Positions 40,079 through 48,577 of a stretch of 64,000 bases of DNA are shown in pieces; positions within the stretch are counted from its first letter, which is position 1; the number at the start of each line of letters is the position of its first letter. The position numbers and the translations under genes were made by a program. Below the pieces are notes generated by a model. That model had not been told where the DNA came from. It saw only the letters and a program-made list of their open reading frames with translations, and did not search any database. Origin of the DNA: Alphaproteobacteria bacterium (lineage in GTDB: Bacteria > Pseudomonadota > Alphaproteobacteria > UBA7887); assembly GCA_965216755.1 (NCBI GenBank), contig CBDCGL010000011.1, positions 3,456,001-3,520,000 on the forward strand, read 5' to 3'.

Positions 40079-40125
40079 GGAGCAGTGGCAGTCTTGGGGA
40101 GGGAGGAAAACGGCGTCGTAACGTT
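40048..40125 (-). ncRNA. Candidate small RNA with two anti-Shine-Dalgarno motifs
   Basis: TTTTCCTCCCTCCCCAAGACT followed by the terminator with a TTCCTCCC loop. 5' end is uncertain. Confidence 0.5.
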
Positions 40126-40141
40126 TAGCGCGCGCGGCTGT

Positions 40142-40249
40142 TTACCCGCTTGGTGGTATTCGTCGCGCCGCGGTGGGCGGCCGGGTCAGGGCCGCGACCG
40201 CGCTGGTCACAAGAACAAAGGCAAAAATGAAAGCGGTGGTGGTCAACAT
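40142..40249 (-). CDS. Possible 35-aa hydrophobic small protein
   Basis: MLTTTAFIFAFVLVTSAVAALTRPPTAARRIPPSG: one TM-like helix, basic tail, weak GGA RBS. Confidence 0.3.
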   Translation of the reverse strand: MLTTTAFIFAFVLVTSAVAALTRPPTAARRIPPSG

Positions 40250-40374
40250 GGCGGTCAATCCAGGTTCTCGACATCGCATCCACAAGTTCGTGTCTCGATC
40301 TGCGCACCACAATAGGCGATGCACCGCCCCGACGCTGTGAACTGCTTCACGCGGCGAAAATTTTTTTTCGAGAT

Positions 40375-41073
40375 CTAGAACCGTGCCGCCGACGTCGGAA
40401 TATCCCAAATAGGCCCGGTCAGGCCGAAACGCGCGAAGATGGCGCGCGCCTCGTCGGCGGTCCACTTGCGGCAGTCCGCGTCCAAATGGCGCCCATACCA
40501 AACTTGCGCAAATCGAAAGACTTTTTCGATCGGTTGCACGTCGCCCTTGGCAATGCCGTGGCGTGCGCACCACGCATCGATCGCGGTTTCGCTGTCGAAC
40601 ACCAACATGGTACTACATGTATAGATAACGTTATCCCAGGCATGTTTCATGGCAACGGGAAAGTGAACCAGCAGGGAGTCGGGTGAAATCGCCGCGTCGG
40701 TGATATTGATCGTCACCGGTTGGTCGTGGGCGCCAAGTGTCGTCGTGATCGTGACATTACCGCCCAGCAGTGCGGCAATGCCGAGCGAACACCAGGCGCA
40801 ATTGCCCCACCATATGTCGCTGCCGCGGCGGACCAGAAAATTGGTCGGTGCCAGGGAAAACGGGTGGGCCACCCAAATGCGCGTGCTGTTTGGGTGCAAG
40901 ACCACGCCATGGTCGTCGGCGAGCCGCCGCAAACCGGCTTCAAGGGCCGGCCGCGGCTGATCGAAATGGGCGGCCAAGGCGGTGGCATCAGGGGCCCGGC
41001 CGGTATCGACGATGTGGCGCAGGATGGCGTGATGTAAAGCCGACCCGGTCAAAGGTGGCGCGGTCTTGGTCAT
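40375..41073 (-). CDS. Alkylmercury lyase (MerB)-like protein
   Basis: N-terminal HTH-like segment, HPFS..PT.F, WWGNCAWCSLG, later YTC..M..F...AIDAW. Confidence 0.7.
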   Translation of the reverse strand: MTKTAPPLTGSALHHAILRHIVDTGRAPDATALAAHFDQPRPALEAGLRRLADDHGVVLHPNSTRIWVAHPFSLAPTNFLVRRGSDIWWGNCAWCSLGIAALLGGNVTITTTLGAHDQPVTINITDAAISPDSLLVHFPVAMKHAWDNVIYTCSTMLVFDSETAIDAWCARHGIAKGDVQPIEKVFRFAQVWYGRHLDADCRKWTADEARAIFARFGLTGPIWDIPTSAARF

Positions 41074-41094
41074 CAACCGTCTCGGCCGGGGCGC

Positions 41095-41733
41095 CTATTT
41101 GCGCGGCGAATAGGGCGACGGGATCAGAATTGTCGAGTGCATTTCCTCCAACAAGGGGCCGCCAAACGACAAAAATTCCTGCCAAACCGGATCGGCTTGC
41201 GAGGCGGCGCGCGCTTCCATGCGGGCTTCGAAACTCTCATACACCCACAAATGGCAGACCTCGTTGGGGTCGGGCAGAACCGTGTTCCAGACACCGACCA
41301 CCTTGGAATATTTCTCGCGCGCGGCCAGGTCTTGGGCCATGCGCGCGGTCCAGGCGGCGCCGCGACCGGTCTTCACCCGGTAATTGCGAAATTCGTAAAT
41401 ATTGCCTTCGCCTTCGACCGGGTTCATCGGAATAACCGGCTTTAGAATCCGGATCCGTTGGCTGATGATGTGCGGATGCATCAGCGGCAAGAACTCGTTG
41501 CGCCACGCGTCTTTTTTCGTGAGCTCGGCGCGCAGGCGGGTCATTTCGGCGATATTCTCGTAGGACCACAGGTGCACATACTGGCTCAATAAGCCGATTT
41601 CGCTCGACCAATGCCCCTCCAGCGTGCCGTATTTGTCGCCTTCCCGAATGCGCCGGGCGACCGTGCCGCTGGCCTCGATCACTTTGGGTACCGCGCCCGG
41701 GCGGATTGTGTACATTCTCAGCTCGTGAATCAT
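41095..41733 (-). CDS. NIPSNAP family protein (two domains)
   Basis: Repeated I.E.R.Y..(R/K).G and HLW.YE...R motifs; IL.P..YSP end. Confidence 0.9.
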   Translation of the reverse strand: MIHELRMYTIRPGAVPKVIEASGTVARRIREGDKYGTLEGHWSSEIGLLSQYVHLWSYENIAEMTRLRAELTKKDAWRNEFLPLMHPHIISQRIRILKPVIPMNPVEGEGNIYEFRNYRVKTGRGAAWTARMAQDLAAREKYSKVVGVWNTVLPDPNEVCHLWVYESFEARMEARAASQADPVWQEFLSFGGPLLEEMHSTILIPSPYSPRK

Positions 41734-41915
41734 GGACCCCTCCTCATCGTCATGACTTGGTCATGATTAAAGCGCGTTCGCCCGCGCAACTGCCATGACC
41801 ATAACGCGCGCGTGGCATGACGCCAAAGCGACCAGCGGGTTATAATCAGGCGCCAGAGGGCGACCCGTCGCCGCGCCTGGCGTCGGCTTAAGAACCAAAC
41901 TGAGAGGGGGACACC

Positions 41916-42638
41916 ATGGGCGTGCTGGATGAACGGGTCGCGATCATCACCGGGGGTGGCTCGGGGATCGGCAAGGCGATTGCCAAGGCTTTCGCCGACG
42001 CCGGCGCACAGGTTGTGATTGCCTCGCGCAACAAAGACAAGCTGGGCGCCGCCGCGGCGGAGATCGGCAAGGGCGTCAGCGCGACGGCCTGCGATGTGAC
42101 CGACGAGGCGCACGTGCAGGCGCTGTTTGCCAGTGTCAAAGATCAGCGTGGCCGGATCGATATTCTGGTCAACAATGCCGGCATGGCCGCCGGCGCGCGC
42201 GTCGAGGAGCTGAAGGCGAGCGCCTGGCGGCAGGTGGTCGAGGTCAACTTGACCGGCCCGTTTTTGTGCGCGCGCGAGGCGTTTCGCCTGATGATTCCCC
42301 AAGGCGGCGGCCGTATCATCAATATCGGCAGTATTTCCGCGCAGATGTCGCGCCCGAATTCCGAGGCCTATACGGCGACCAAGTTCGGCTTGGAAGGTCT
42401 GACCCGCTCACTCGCCCTTGACGGCCGGCGCCATGGCATCGCTGTCAGCATTCTCCATCCGGGTAATGTGGCGACCGATATTTGGACCGGCCGCGAGGAG
42501 ATCGCCAAGGAGGAAGGGTTGATCCCGCTGGAAGATATTGCCCAGGCAGCGCTTGGCATGGCATCTTTGTCGCCGGGTGTGAACATGCTCAACGCCACGG
42601 TTTTGCCGGTCACTCAACCCTATTTGGGCCGCGGTTAG
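41916..42638 (+). CDS. Classical SDR oxidoreductase
   Basis: TGGGSGIG, NNAG, NIGS, YTATK. Confidence 0.93.
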   Translation: MGVLDERVAIITGGGSGIGKAIAKAFADAGAQVVIASRNKDKLGAAAAEIGKGVSATACDVTDEAHVQALFASVKDQRGRIDILVNNAGMAAGARVEELKASAWRQVVEVNLTGPFLCAREAFRLMIPQGGGRIINIGSISAQMSRPNSEAYTATKFGLEGLTRSLALDGRRHGIAVSILHPGNVATDIWTGREEIAKEEGLIPLEDIAQAALGMASLSPGVNMLNATVLPVTQPYLGRG

Positions 42639-42668
42639 ACAGCGGCGCTGCCCTTCCGAGGCGCGCGG

Positions 42669-43280
42669 CTACGTTTTTGAAGGAAATGCCGCCTGAAACG
42701 CGGGTCGGGCGGCCAAGCGCCGGTAATAGGCGTGAACCTGCGAAAAGGCGGTGATGTCGGTGAACAGTGCGCCCAGATGGACGCTGTAGCCGACGTTCGT
42801 GTCGGGTGCGGAAAAACCGCTGGCCAAGACGTAGTCGCGATCCGACAAATGTTGATTGAGCACTTCTAAGGATTTCTCCAGGCGCCGTGTCTCCAGCTTC
42901 TGCACCACCGGCGACTGGTCCGGTTTGGCGATGATCATCGTCTGCTGGACCATGCTGGCGCCGTGCACGGCCATGGTTTCCGCGTAATGCAACCATTGCA
43001 GCCAGGCGACCCGTTCCGGATGCCCGGGCGCTCGGCCCAAACCGCGATCGTCATAGGTTTCGCACAGATATTGGCAGATCGCGCCCGACTCAAACAGCGT
43101 CAGGTCGTGGTCGACCAAGCACGGCACGCGGCCCAGCGGATGCACCGCCAAATATTCCGGCGCACGCAAATGATCGACATGGAAGGGTAGTTCGACCAGC
43201 TCGAAATCGAGGCCCAATTCATAGAGCAGCCACAATGAGCGTGTCGAGCGCGCGTTGGCACAGTGATAGAGCGTGATCAT
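42669..43280 (-). CDS. Glutathione S-transferase family protein
   Basis: RS.R..WLL.EL, HPLGRVP, LFESGAI, FSA.D, RPAFQ. Confidence 0.92.
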   Translation of the reverse strand: MITLYHCANARSTRSLWLLYELGLDFELVELPFHVDHLRAPEYLAVHPLGRVPCLVDHDLTLFESGAICQYLCETYDDRGLGRAPGHPERVAWLQWLHYAETMAVHGASMVQQTMIIAKPDQSPVVQKLETRRLEKSLEVLNQHLSDRDYVLASGFSAPDTNVGYSVHLGALFTDITAFSQVHAYYRRLAARPAFQAAFPSKT

Positions 43281-43344
43281 GCGCGCGTGGTTCTTTGATC
43301 GTTTAAACGACCGACTGTAGCACAGGGCCGGTCATGTCATCGTT

Positions 43345-44001
43345 TCAGGCGGCGGCGGCGTCGCGACCGGTAAGCCTGTGCTCAATCTCGTCACGCAGCG
43401 CTTCGATTTCCGCAGCCGCGCGCGCCGCGCCCGGATACTCGCTGACCCCACGCCCGTCGAGCATGCTGGCGGCGAATGCGGTCCGGTTGCCGATCCCGGC
43501 TTCGGCGACCGGGATATTCTCGCGCGCGAACGTGGCGCGCATGGTGTCGCACAGCTTGCTTCGCGCCGGTATCCGGGTCAGCACCACCATGGCGGGGGTC
43601 CCGATGCGGTTGGTGCGTTCGATCTCGGTATAAGTTGACCACAAATCCATCGGCGTGGGTTGGGCCGGGATCACCACCAGGTCCGCCGTGCGGATCGCCG
43701 CCTGGGTTCCGATATCGTCTTTGGGCGGACTGTCGACCAAGACAAAATCATGACGGTCACGCAGGCGCCGCGCGCCGGCGCGCACGACCCATGGATCCGA
43801 TGCTTCCAACGTGAACGGCGGCCCGCTCGTGCCATGGCGCGCGCGCATGTCGTGCCAGGCCGAAAGGCTTCTTTGCGGATCGCAATCCATGAGCGCGACC
43901 GCGCGGCCGGCTTGTTGCCAGGCCACGGCCAGATGGGCGCTCAATGTGGTCTTGCCGCAGCCGCCCTTTTGGTGGGCGAAGAGAATCACTTGTCCGGCCA
44001 T
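43345..44001 (-). CDS. Orphan ParA-family ATPase (short, no N-terminal HTH)
   Basis: QKGGCGKTT deviant Walker A, DCDPQ, VDSPP, IPAQPTPMD, G.GV.E. Start moved to ATG 44001; no parB nearby. Confidence 0.88.
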   Translation of the reverse strand: MAGQVILFAHQKGGCGKTTLSAHLAVAWQQAGRAVALMDCDPQRSLSAWHDMRARHGTSGPPFTLEASDPWVVRAGARRLRDRHDFVLVDSPPKDDIGTQAAIRTADLVVIPAQPTPMDLWSTYTEIERTNRIGTPAMVVLTRIPARSKLCDTMRATFARENIPVAEAGIGNRTAFAASMLDGRGVSEYPGAARAAAEIEALRDEIEHRLTGRDAAAA

Positions 44002-44100
44002 TCGATCGTCCCCCGATTGGTGGGCCGTCGCCACGCACTCTATCCCTGTTGAGTCATCGTGGCGAACGGAATCGGCGTGGCCTTGGACGGTGACATGATG

Positions 44101-44152
44101 TTGCCGCAGTTGGTCTTCGGATCGCCCAGATTTCCCGATCTTTTCGCCACAT
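44101..44152 (+). repeat. Conserved upstream element, copy 1 (before VIT-vWA gene 1)
   Basis: 41/52 ungapped identity to 46383-46434; the last 15 nt (ATCTTTTCGCCACAT) are identical. Confidence 0.85.
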
Positions 44153-44200
44153 AACTCTGCTCTGCTGCAGGTGGGACAGATCGGGTAGGAGCGATGGACG

Positions 44201-46375
44201 ATGATCACCTTGAGGCGCGCGCCGGCCAGGGCGACGATTTTGATTCTAATGACCGCCGCGTTGCAGGCGTTTGCGGCTTCGGGTCACGCCGCGCCAAACC
44301 CGGCCCCGGCGGTTCTCTCGCCAGGTGACATGACCGCTGGCGGCCTGTTGCTGCGCGGTCGTGACGACAGCCAGCCGTCGGTTGCCGCGCCATTGTTGGG
44401 CACCGACGTCACCATGGCGATCGCCGGCAGTTTCGCGCGGGTCACGGTTCGTCAGCATTTTCACAATCCCAACGATGCGTTCGTCGAAGGTGTTTATGTG
44501 TTTCCGCTGCCGGACGAAGCGGCCGTCGACCATCTGCGCATGCAAATCGGCGATCGTTTTATCGACGGTGTGATCAAGGAACGCGAACAGGCCCGCCGCG
44601 ACTATGAACAGGCGCGCGCACAGGGCCAGCGGGCGTCGTTGCTGGAACAAGAGCGAGCCAACATGTTCACGGCGTCGGTGGCCAATATCGGTCCCGGCGA
44701 AACGGTGATCGTCGAGATCGAATACCAGGACACGGCACGTTTCTCAGACGGTGCCTATGCGATCCGGTTTCCGATGGTGGTCGGGCCGCGCTACGTGCCG
44801 GGGCCGGCTATGACACTTGTCGATGACGGGCGTGGCGCGGATGGCGCGGTGATCGCGGCGCCGGTTGTCTCGGACACCGACCGCATCACGCCACCGGTGC
44901 GCCATCCGGACGCAGGCGCCATCAATCCGGTTGTGCTGAGCGCGACACTGAACGCGGGTTTTCCAATTGACGCCCTCGAGAGTCCCTATCACCCGATTGA
45001 CACGCAAGAATTGGAGAACGGCATTGTCGAAATCAGTTTCGCCGACGGCCCCGTGCCGGCCGATCGGAATTTCGAACTGGTTTGGCGGCCGGCGCCCGGC
45101 GCCGCCCCCGAGGTGGTCTTGTTTCGCGAACAGCGTGGCGAGCAGAAATACGGTGTTTTGACACTGATGCCGCCGGTGCTGGACCCGACCGGGCCGGCAC
45201 CCGAGCGGGACATGGTGTTCGTTATCGACACGTCTGGTTCGATGGAAGGCGAGAGCATTGGTCAAGCCAAGGCGGCGCTGCATATGGCGCTTGATCGGTT
45301 GCGGCCGCAAGACCGGTTCAATGTCATCCAATTCAACGATCAGGCGCACGCGTTGTTTGGCGACGTGCGATCCGGTTCAGCCAATACGATTGATCGGGCG
45401 CGGCGCTATGTGACCCGACTGGACGCCGAAGGCGGCACAGAGATGCTGCCGGCGCTGGGTTTGGCCTTGCGCCAAGCCACGGACGGCACCCGGCTGCGAC
45501 AAATTATATTCCTGACCGATGGCGCGATCGGCGACGAGGCCGCATTGTTCGCCGAGATCAGCGACAAATTGGGCGATGGCCGCTTGTTCACGGTTGGCAT
45601 CGGATCGGCGCCGAACAGCTATTTCATGAGCCGCGCGGCGGCGTTCGGCCGCGGCAGCTTCACGCATATCGGCGCGTCCGACGAAGTCGCCGAAAAGATG
45701 GCGGCTCTGTTTCGCAAGCTCGAACGCCCCGCCTTGACCGACATCGAAATCGCTTGGCCCGCAGACGTCGACGCCGAGGTTTATCCGACGCCGGTGCCGG
45801 ACCTCTATTACGGCGACCCGATCACCGTTGCCGTGGCGGGTGTACCGGAGACGGGACAGGTCACGGTGACCGGGCGTTTTCAAGGACGGGCCTGGCGCAC
45901 CCCGGTCGATCTGTCCGGCGGCACGGAAAGCGCCGGCGCTCGGGTTGTTTGGGCGCGCCGCAAGATTCGTGCGTTGATGGATGACATGCATCGCGGCGCC
46001 GATCCGGACGTTGTGCGCGAGTCGGTGGTGGCGACCGCGCTCGATCATCATCTGATGAGCCGCTACACCAGCCTGGTCGCAGTCGATGTCACACCGGTGC
46101 GGCCGGCGGACGAACCGGTGCACACGGTGGAGATGCCGACCAATCTGCCCCATGGATGGGATTTCGACGCCGTGTTCGGCACGCCTGAGATGCGTGCCCG
46201 TGGGGCCGCCTTGCCGGCGCCGGCGATGCAGCAGGCCAGCGCCGATGCGATGACCACGGTTTCGTTGACAACGCCCTTGCCGCAAACCGCGACGCCGGCC
46301 GCGTTGCGCGTGTTGATTGGTTTGATGCTGCTGTTCGTGGCCGGATTGGTGTGGTTGTCGAGGCGTCACGCGTGA
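44201..46375 (+). CDS. Marine proteobacterial sortase target protein (VIT + vWA, C-terminal LPQTA sorting signal)
   Basis: Sec signal, VIT domain (EGVYVFPLP..AAVD), MIDAS DTSGS, FLTDG, GIGSAPN, C-terminal LPQTAT followed by a TM helix and RRH. Confidence 0.92.
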   Translation: MITLRRAPARATILILMTAALQAFAASGHAAPNPAPAVLSPGDMTAGGLLLRGRDDSQPSVAAPLLGTDVTMAIAGSFARVTVRQHFHNPNDAFVEGVYVFPLPDEAAVDHLRMQIGDRFIDGVIKEREQARRDYEQARAQGQRASLLEQERANMFTASVANIGPGETVIVEIEYQDTARFSDGAYAIRFPMVVGPRYVPGPAMTLVDDGRGADGAVIAAPVVSDTDRITPPVRHPDAGAINPVVLSATLNAGFPIDALESPYHPIDTQELENGIVEISFADGPVPADRNFELVWRPAPGAAPEVVLFREQRGEQKYGVLTLMPPVLDPTGPAPERDMVFVIDTSGSMEGESIGQAKAALHMALDRLRPQDRFNVIQFNDQAHALFGDVRSGSANTIDRARRYVTRLDAEGGTEMLPALGLALRQATDGTRLRQIIFLTDGAIGDEAALFAEISDKLGDGRLFTVGIGSAPNSYFMSRAAAFGRGSFTHIGASDEVAEKMAALFRKLERPALTDIEIAWPADVDAEVYPTPVPDLYYGDPITVAVAGVPETGQVTVTGRFQGRAWRTPVDLSGGTESAGARVVWARRKIRALMDDMHRGADPDVVRESVVATALDHHLMSRYTSLVAVDVTPVRPADEPVHTVEMPTNLPHGWDFDAVFGTPEMRARGAALPAPAMQQASADAMTTVSLTTPLPQTATPAALRVLIGLMLLFVAGLVWLSRRHA

Positions 46376-46382
46376 CACGGGT

Positions 46383-46434
46383 TCGCCGCAATTGGCCCCG
46401 CGATTGCCCTGATTTTCCAATCTTTTCGCCACAT
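46383..46434 (+). repeat. Conserved upstream element, copy 2 (before VIT-vWA gene 2)
   Basis: Copy of 44101-44152 at a near-identical distance from the ATG (46 vs 48 nt). Confidence 0.85.
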
Positions 46435-46480
46435 CGGGGTGCTTCCGTGAACACGGGACACTGTGACGGGAGCATTTGCT

Positions 46481-48577
46481 ATGGCGATACGACCTCGCGG
46501 GCCAATAACGGGCCTGATTTTGACACTCATTGCGGCAGCGGTCGGTGGCTGCGCGGCCGGCGGGCCAGCCGGTTCGTATTTTTCAGCCCCGGTTGCCGCC
46601 GACGGTGCAACACCGCTGGCGCCAACGCGGGCGGATCAAACCAGCGCCGGCCTGTTGCTGCGCGGCGTGGAGGCCGACCCACCGACCACGGTTGCGCCAT
46701 TGCTGGGCACGAACGTGGACATGGCGATCTCCGGTCCGTTTGCGCGGGTCAGCGTGCGTCAACATTTCTACAATCCGAACGCCGTGTTTGTCGAAGGCAT
46801 CTATGTCTTTCCGCTGCCCGAAGACGCGGCCGTCGATCATTTGCGCTTGCAGGTCGGCGACCGGTTCATCGACGGTGTCATCATGGATCGTGAGGCGGCG
46901 CGGCAGGTCTATGAAACCGCCGTCGAACGGCGCCGTCGCGCCGCTCTTCTGGAACAGGAGCGGCCCAATATTTTTGCCTCATCAGTGGGCAATATCGCGC
47001 CCTGCGAGATCGTGCGGCTCGAGCTGGAGTACCAGCAGACCTTGCACTATCGCGACGGCACCTATGCGATCCGGTTTCCGATGGTGGTCGGTCCGCGCTA
47101 TGTGCCCGATGCGGGTGTGGCTGTCGTGCGTCAGGGGCCCGGAGCGCCGGCGATCGATCGCACACCGCCAGGCACGGACGAAGCCGGTCGGGTGACGCCG
47201 CCGGTCCGCGATCCGCGCGCTGGCGCCATCAATCCGCTCGGGCTGGTGGCCACGATCAACGCGGGCGGCCCGATCGCGGAACTCCAAAGCCCGTATCATG
47301 CCATCACAACCCGAGACCTCGGCAACCACGTGGTCGAGGTTGCCCTGGCCGATGGTCTGGTGCCGGCCGATCGCGATTTTGAACTGGTTTGGCGGACCGC
47401 GGCCGGGACAGAACCCGATGCCGACATATTCAGCGAACGCCACGGCGGCGAACGCTATGGCGTCGTTATGATCACGCCGCCGCCGGCAAGCCACGAACCG
47501 CAGGTGCCGCCACGCGATGTGGTCTTCGTGATCGATCGGTCGGGTTCGATGGAAGGCGCAAGCATTCGCCAGGCAAAGACGGCGCTGAAGATGGCCTTGA
47601 GGCGGCTACGTCCACAGGACCGATATGACGTCGTACAATTCAGTCATGTCGCCGAGGCCCTGTACCCGACCATGGAATTCGCAGACCGAAACGCGATCGA
47701 TATCGGCACGCGTTATGTCGACCGGATCTGGGCCGAAGGCGGGACCGAAATGTTGCCGGCCTTACGGTTAGCTTTGAGTTTCGCGCCCGACGTGGACCGG
47801 CTGCGCCAAATCGTCTTTTTGACCGATGGCGCGATCAGCAATGAGAGCGCGCTGTTCGACGAAATTGTTGCCAACCTGGGCAACGGCCGCCTGTTCACGG
47901 TCGGCATCGGCTCGGCGCCAAACAGTTATTTCATGACCCGCGCGGCAACCTTGGGCCGTGGGACTTTCACCCGTATCGGCCAGACAAGCGAAGTGCGGGC
48001 AAAAATGCTGGCGTTGTTCGGCAAGTTAGAGCGCCCGGTGATGACTGATATTACGCTCGAATGGTCAGATGGTCGCCGCGTGGAAAGCTATCCGGCCCCG
48101 GTACCCGATCTCTTTCAGGGCGATCCCATCGTCGTGGCCGCGCGCGACATTCCCGACTCGGGTCGGTTGATCGTGGGCGGCCTGGTTGGCGGCAAGCCAT
48201 GGCGCACCGGTATCGACCTTGACGGCCAACCGGATAGCCCGGGGGCGCGCGTGATCTGGGCGCGGCACAAGATCCGTCACCTCATGGAACAGATCCACTT
48301 CGGCCAATCACCCACATCGGTGGAAATGGCGGTGAGTGCCGTCGCACACGATCATCATTTGATGAGCGCCTATACCAGTTTGGTCGCCGTCGATGCGACT
48401 CCCATACGGCCGCCGGACGCATTGCTTGAGTCCATGGATATGCCGACCAATTTGCCCCATGGCTGGGATTTTGACGCCGTGTTTGGTGCAGGGGCGGCGC
48501 GCGCCGACGACACCTCTGGTGCGGTTCGTCGGCACAGAAAGGCCAACGTCGAAGCGGTTCGACCGCCATGCCCATGA
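46481..48577 (+). CDS. VIT + vWA paralogue with lipobox and no sorting signal
   Basis: Colinear with 44201-46375 up to MPTNLPHGWDFDAVFG. MIDAS DRSGS is intact, the N-terminus reads LIAAAVGG-C, and the C-terminus is hydrophilic. Confidence 0.9.
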   Translation: MAIRPRGPITGLILTLIAAAVGGCAAGGPAGSYFSAPVAADGATPLAPTRADQTSAGLLLRGVEADPPTTVAPLLGTNVDMAISGPFARVSVRQHFYNPNAVFVEGIYVFPLPEDAAVDHLRLQVGDRFIDGVIMDREAARQVYETAVERRRRAALLEQERPNIFASSVGNIAPCEIVRLELEYQQTLHYRDGTYAIRFPMVVGPRYVPDAGVAVVRQGPGAPAIDRTPPGTDEAGRVTPPVRDPRAGAINPLGLVATINAGGPIAELQSPYHAITTRDLGNHVVEVALADGLVPADRDFELVWRTAAGTEPDADIFSERHGGERYGVVMITPPPASHEPQVPPRDVVFVIDRSGSMEGASIRQAKTALKMALRRLRPQDRYDVVQFSHVAEALYPTMEFADRNAIDIGTRYVDRIWAEGGTEMLPALRLALSFAPDVDRLRQIVFLTDGAISNESALFDEIVANLGNGRLFTVGIGSAPNSYFMTRAATLGRGTFTRIGQTSEVRAKMLALFGKLERPVMTDITLEWSDGRRVESYPAPVPDLFQGDPIVVAARDIPDSGRLIVGGLVGGKPWRTGIDLDGQPDSPGARVIWARHKIRHLMEQIHFGQSPTSVEMAVSAVAHDHHLMSAYTSLVAVDATPIRPPDALLESMDMPTNLPHGWDFDAVFGAGAARADDTSGAVRRHRKANVEAVRPPCP

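Noticed and set aside
38532-40121. 529-aa plus-strand ORF
   Set aside because: It is the antisense shadow of the acyl-CoA ligase and has no recognisable motifs; such ORFs are expected at high GC.
41750-41766. TCATGAC-TTG-GTCATGA dyad between the NIPSNAP and SDR genes
   Set aside because: It is a real 7-bp dyad and may be an operator, but it is short and no regulator gene is adjacent, so it cannot be assigned.
43345-44001. ParA as evidence of a plasmid or integrated element
   Set aside because: There is no rep, parB, relaxase or integrase gene and no obvious compositional break.
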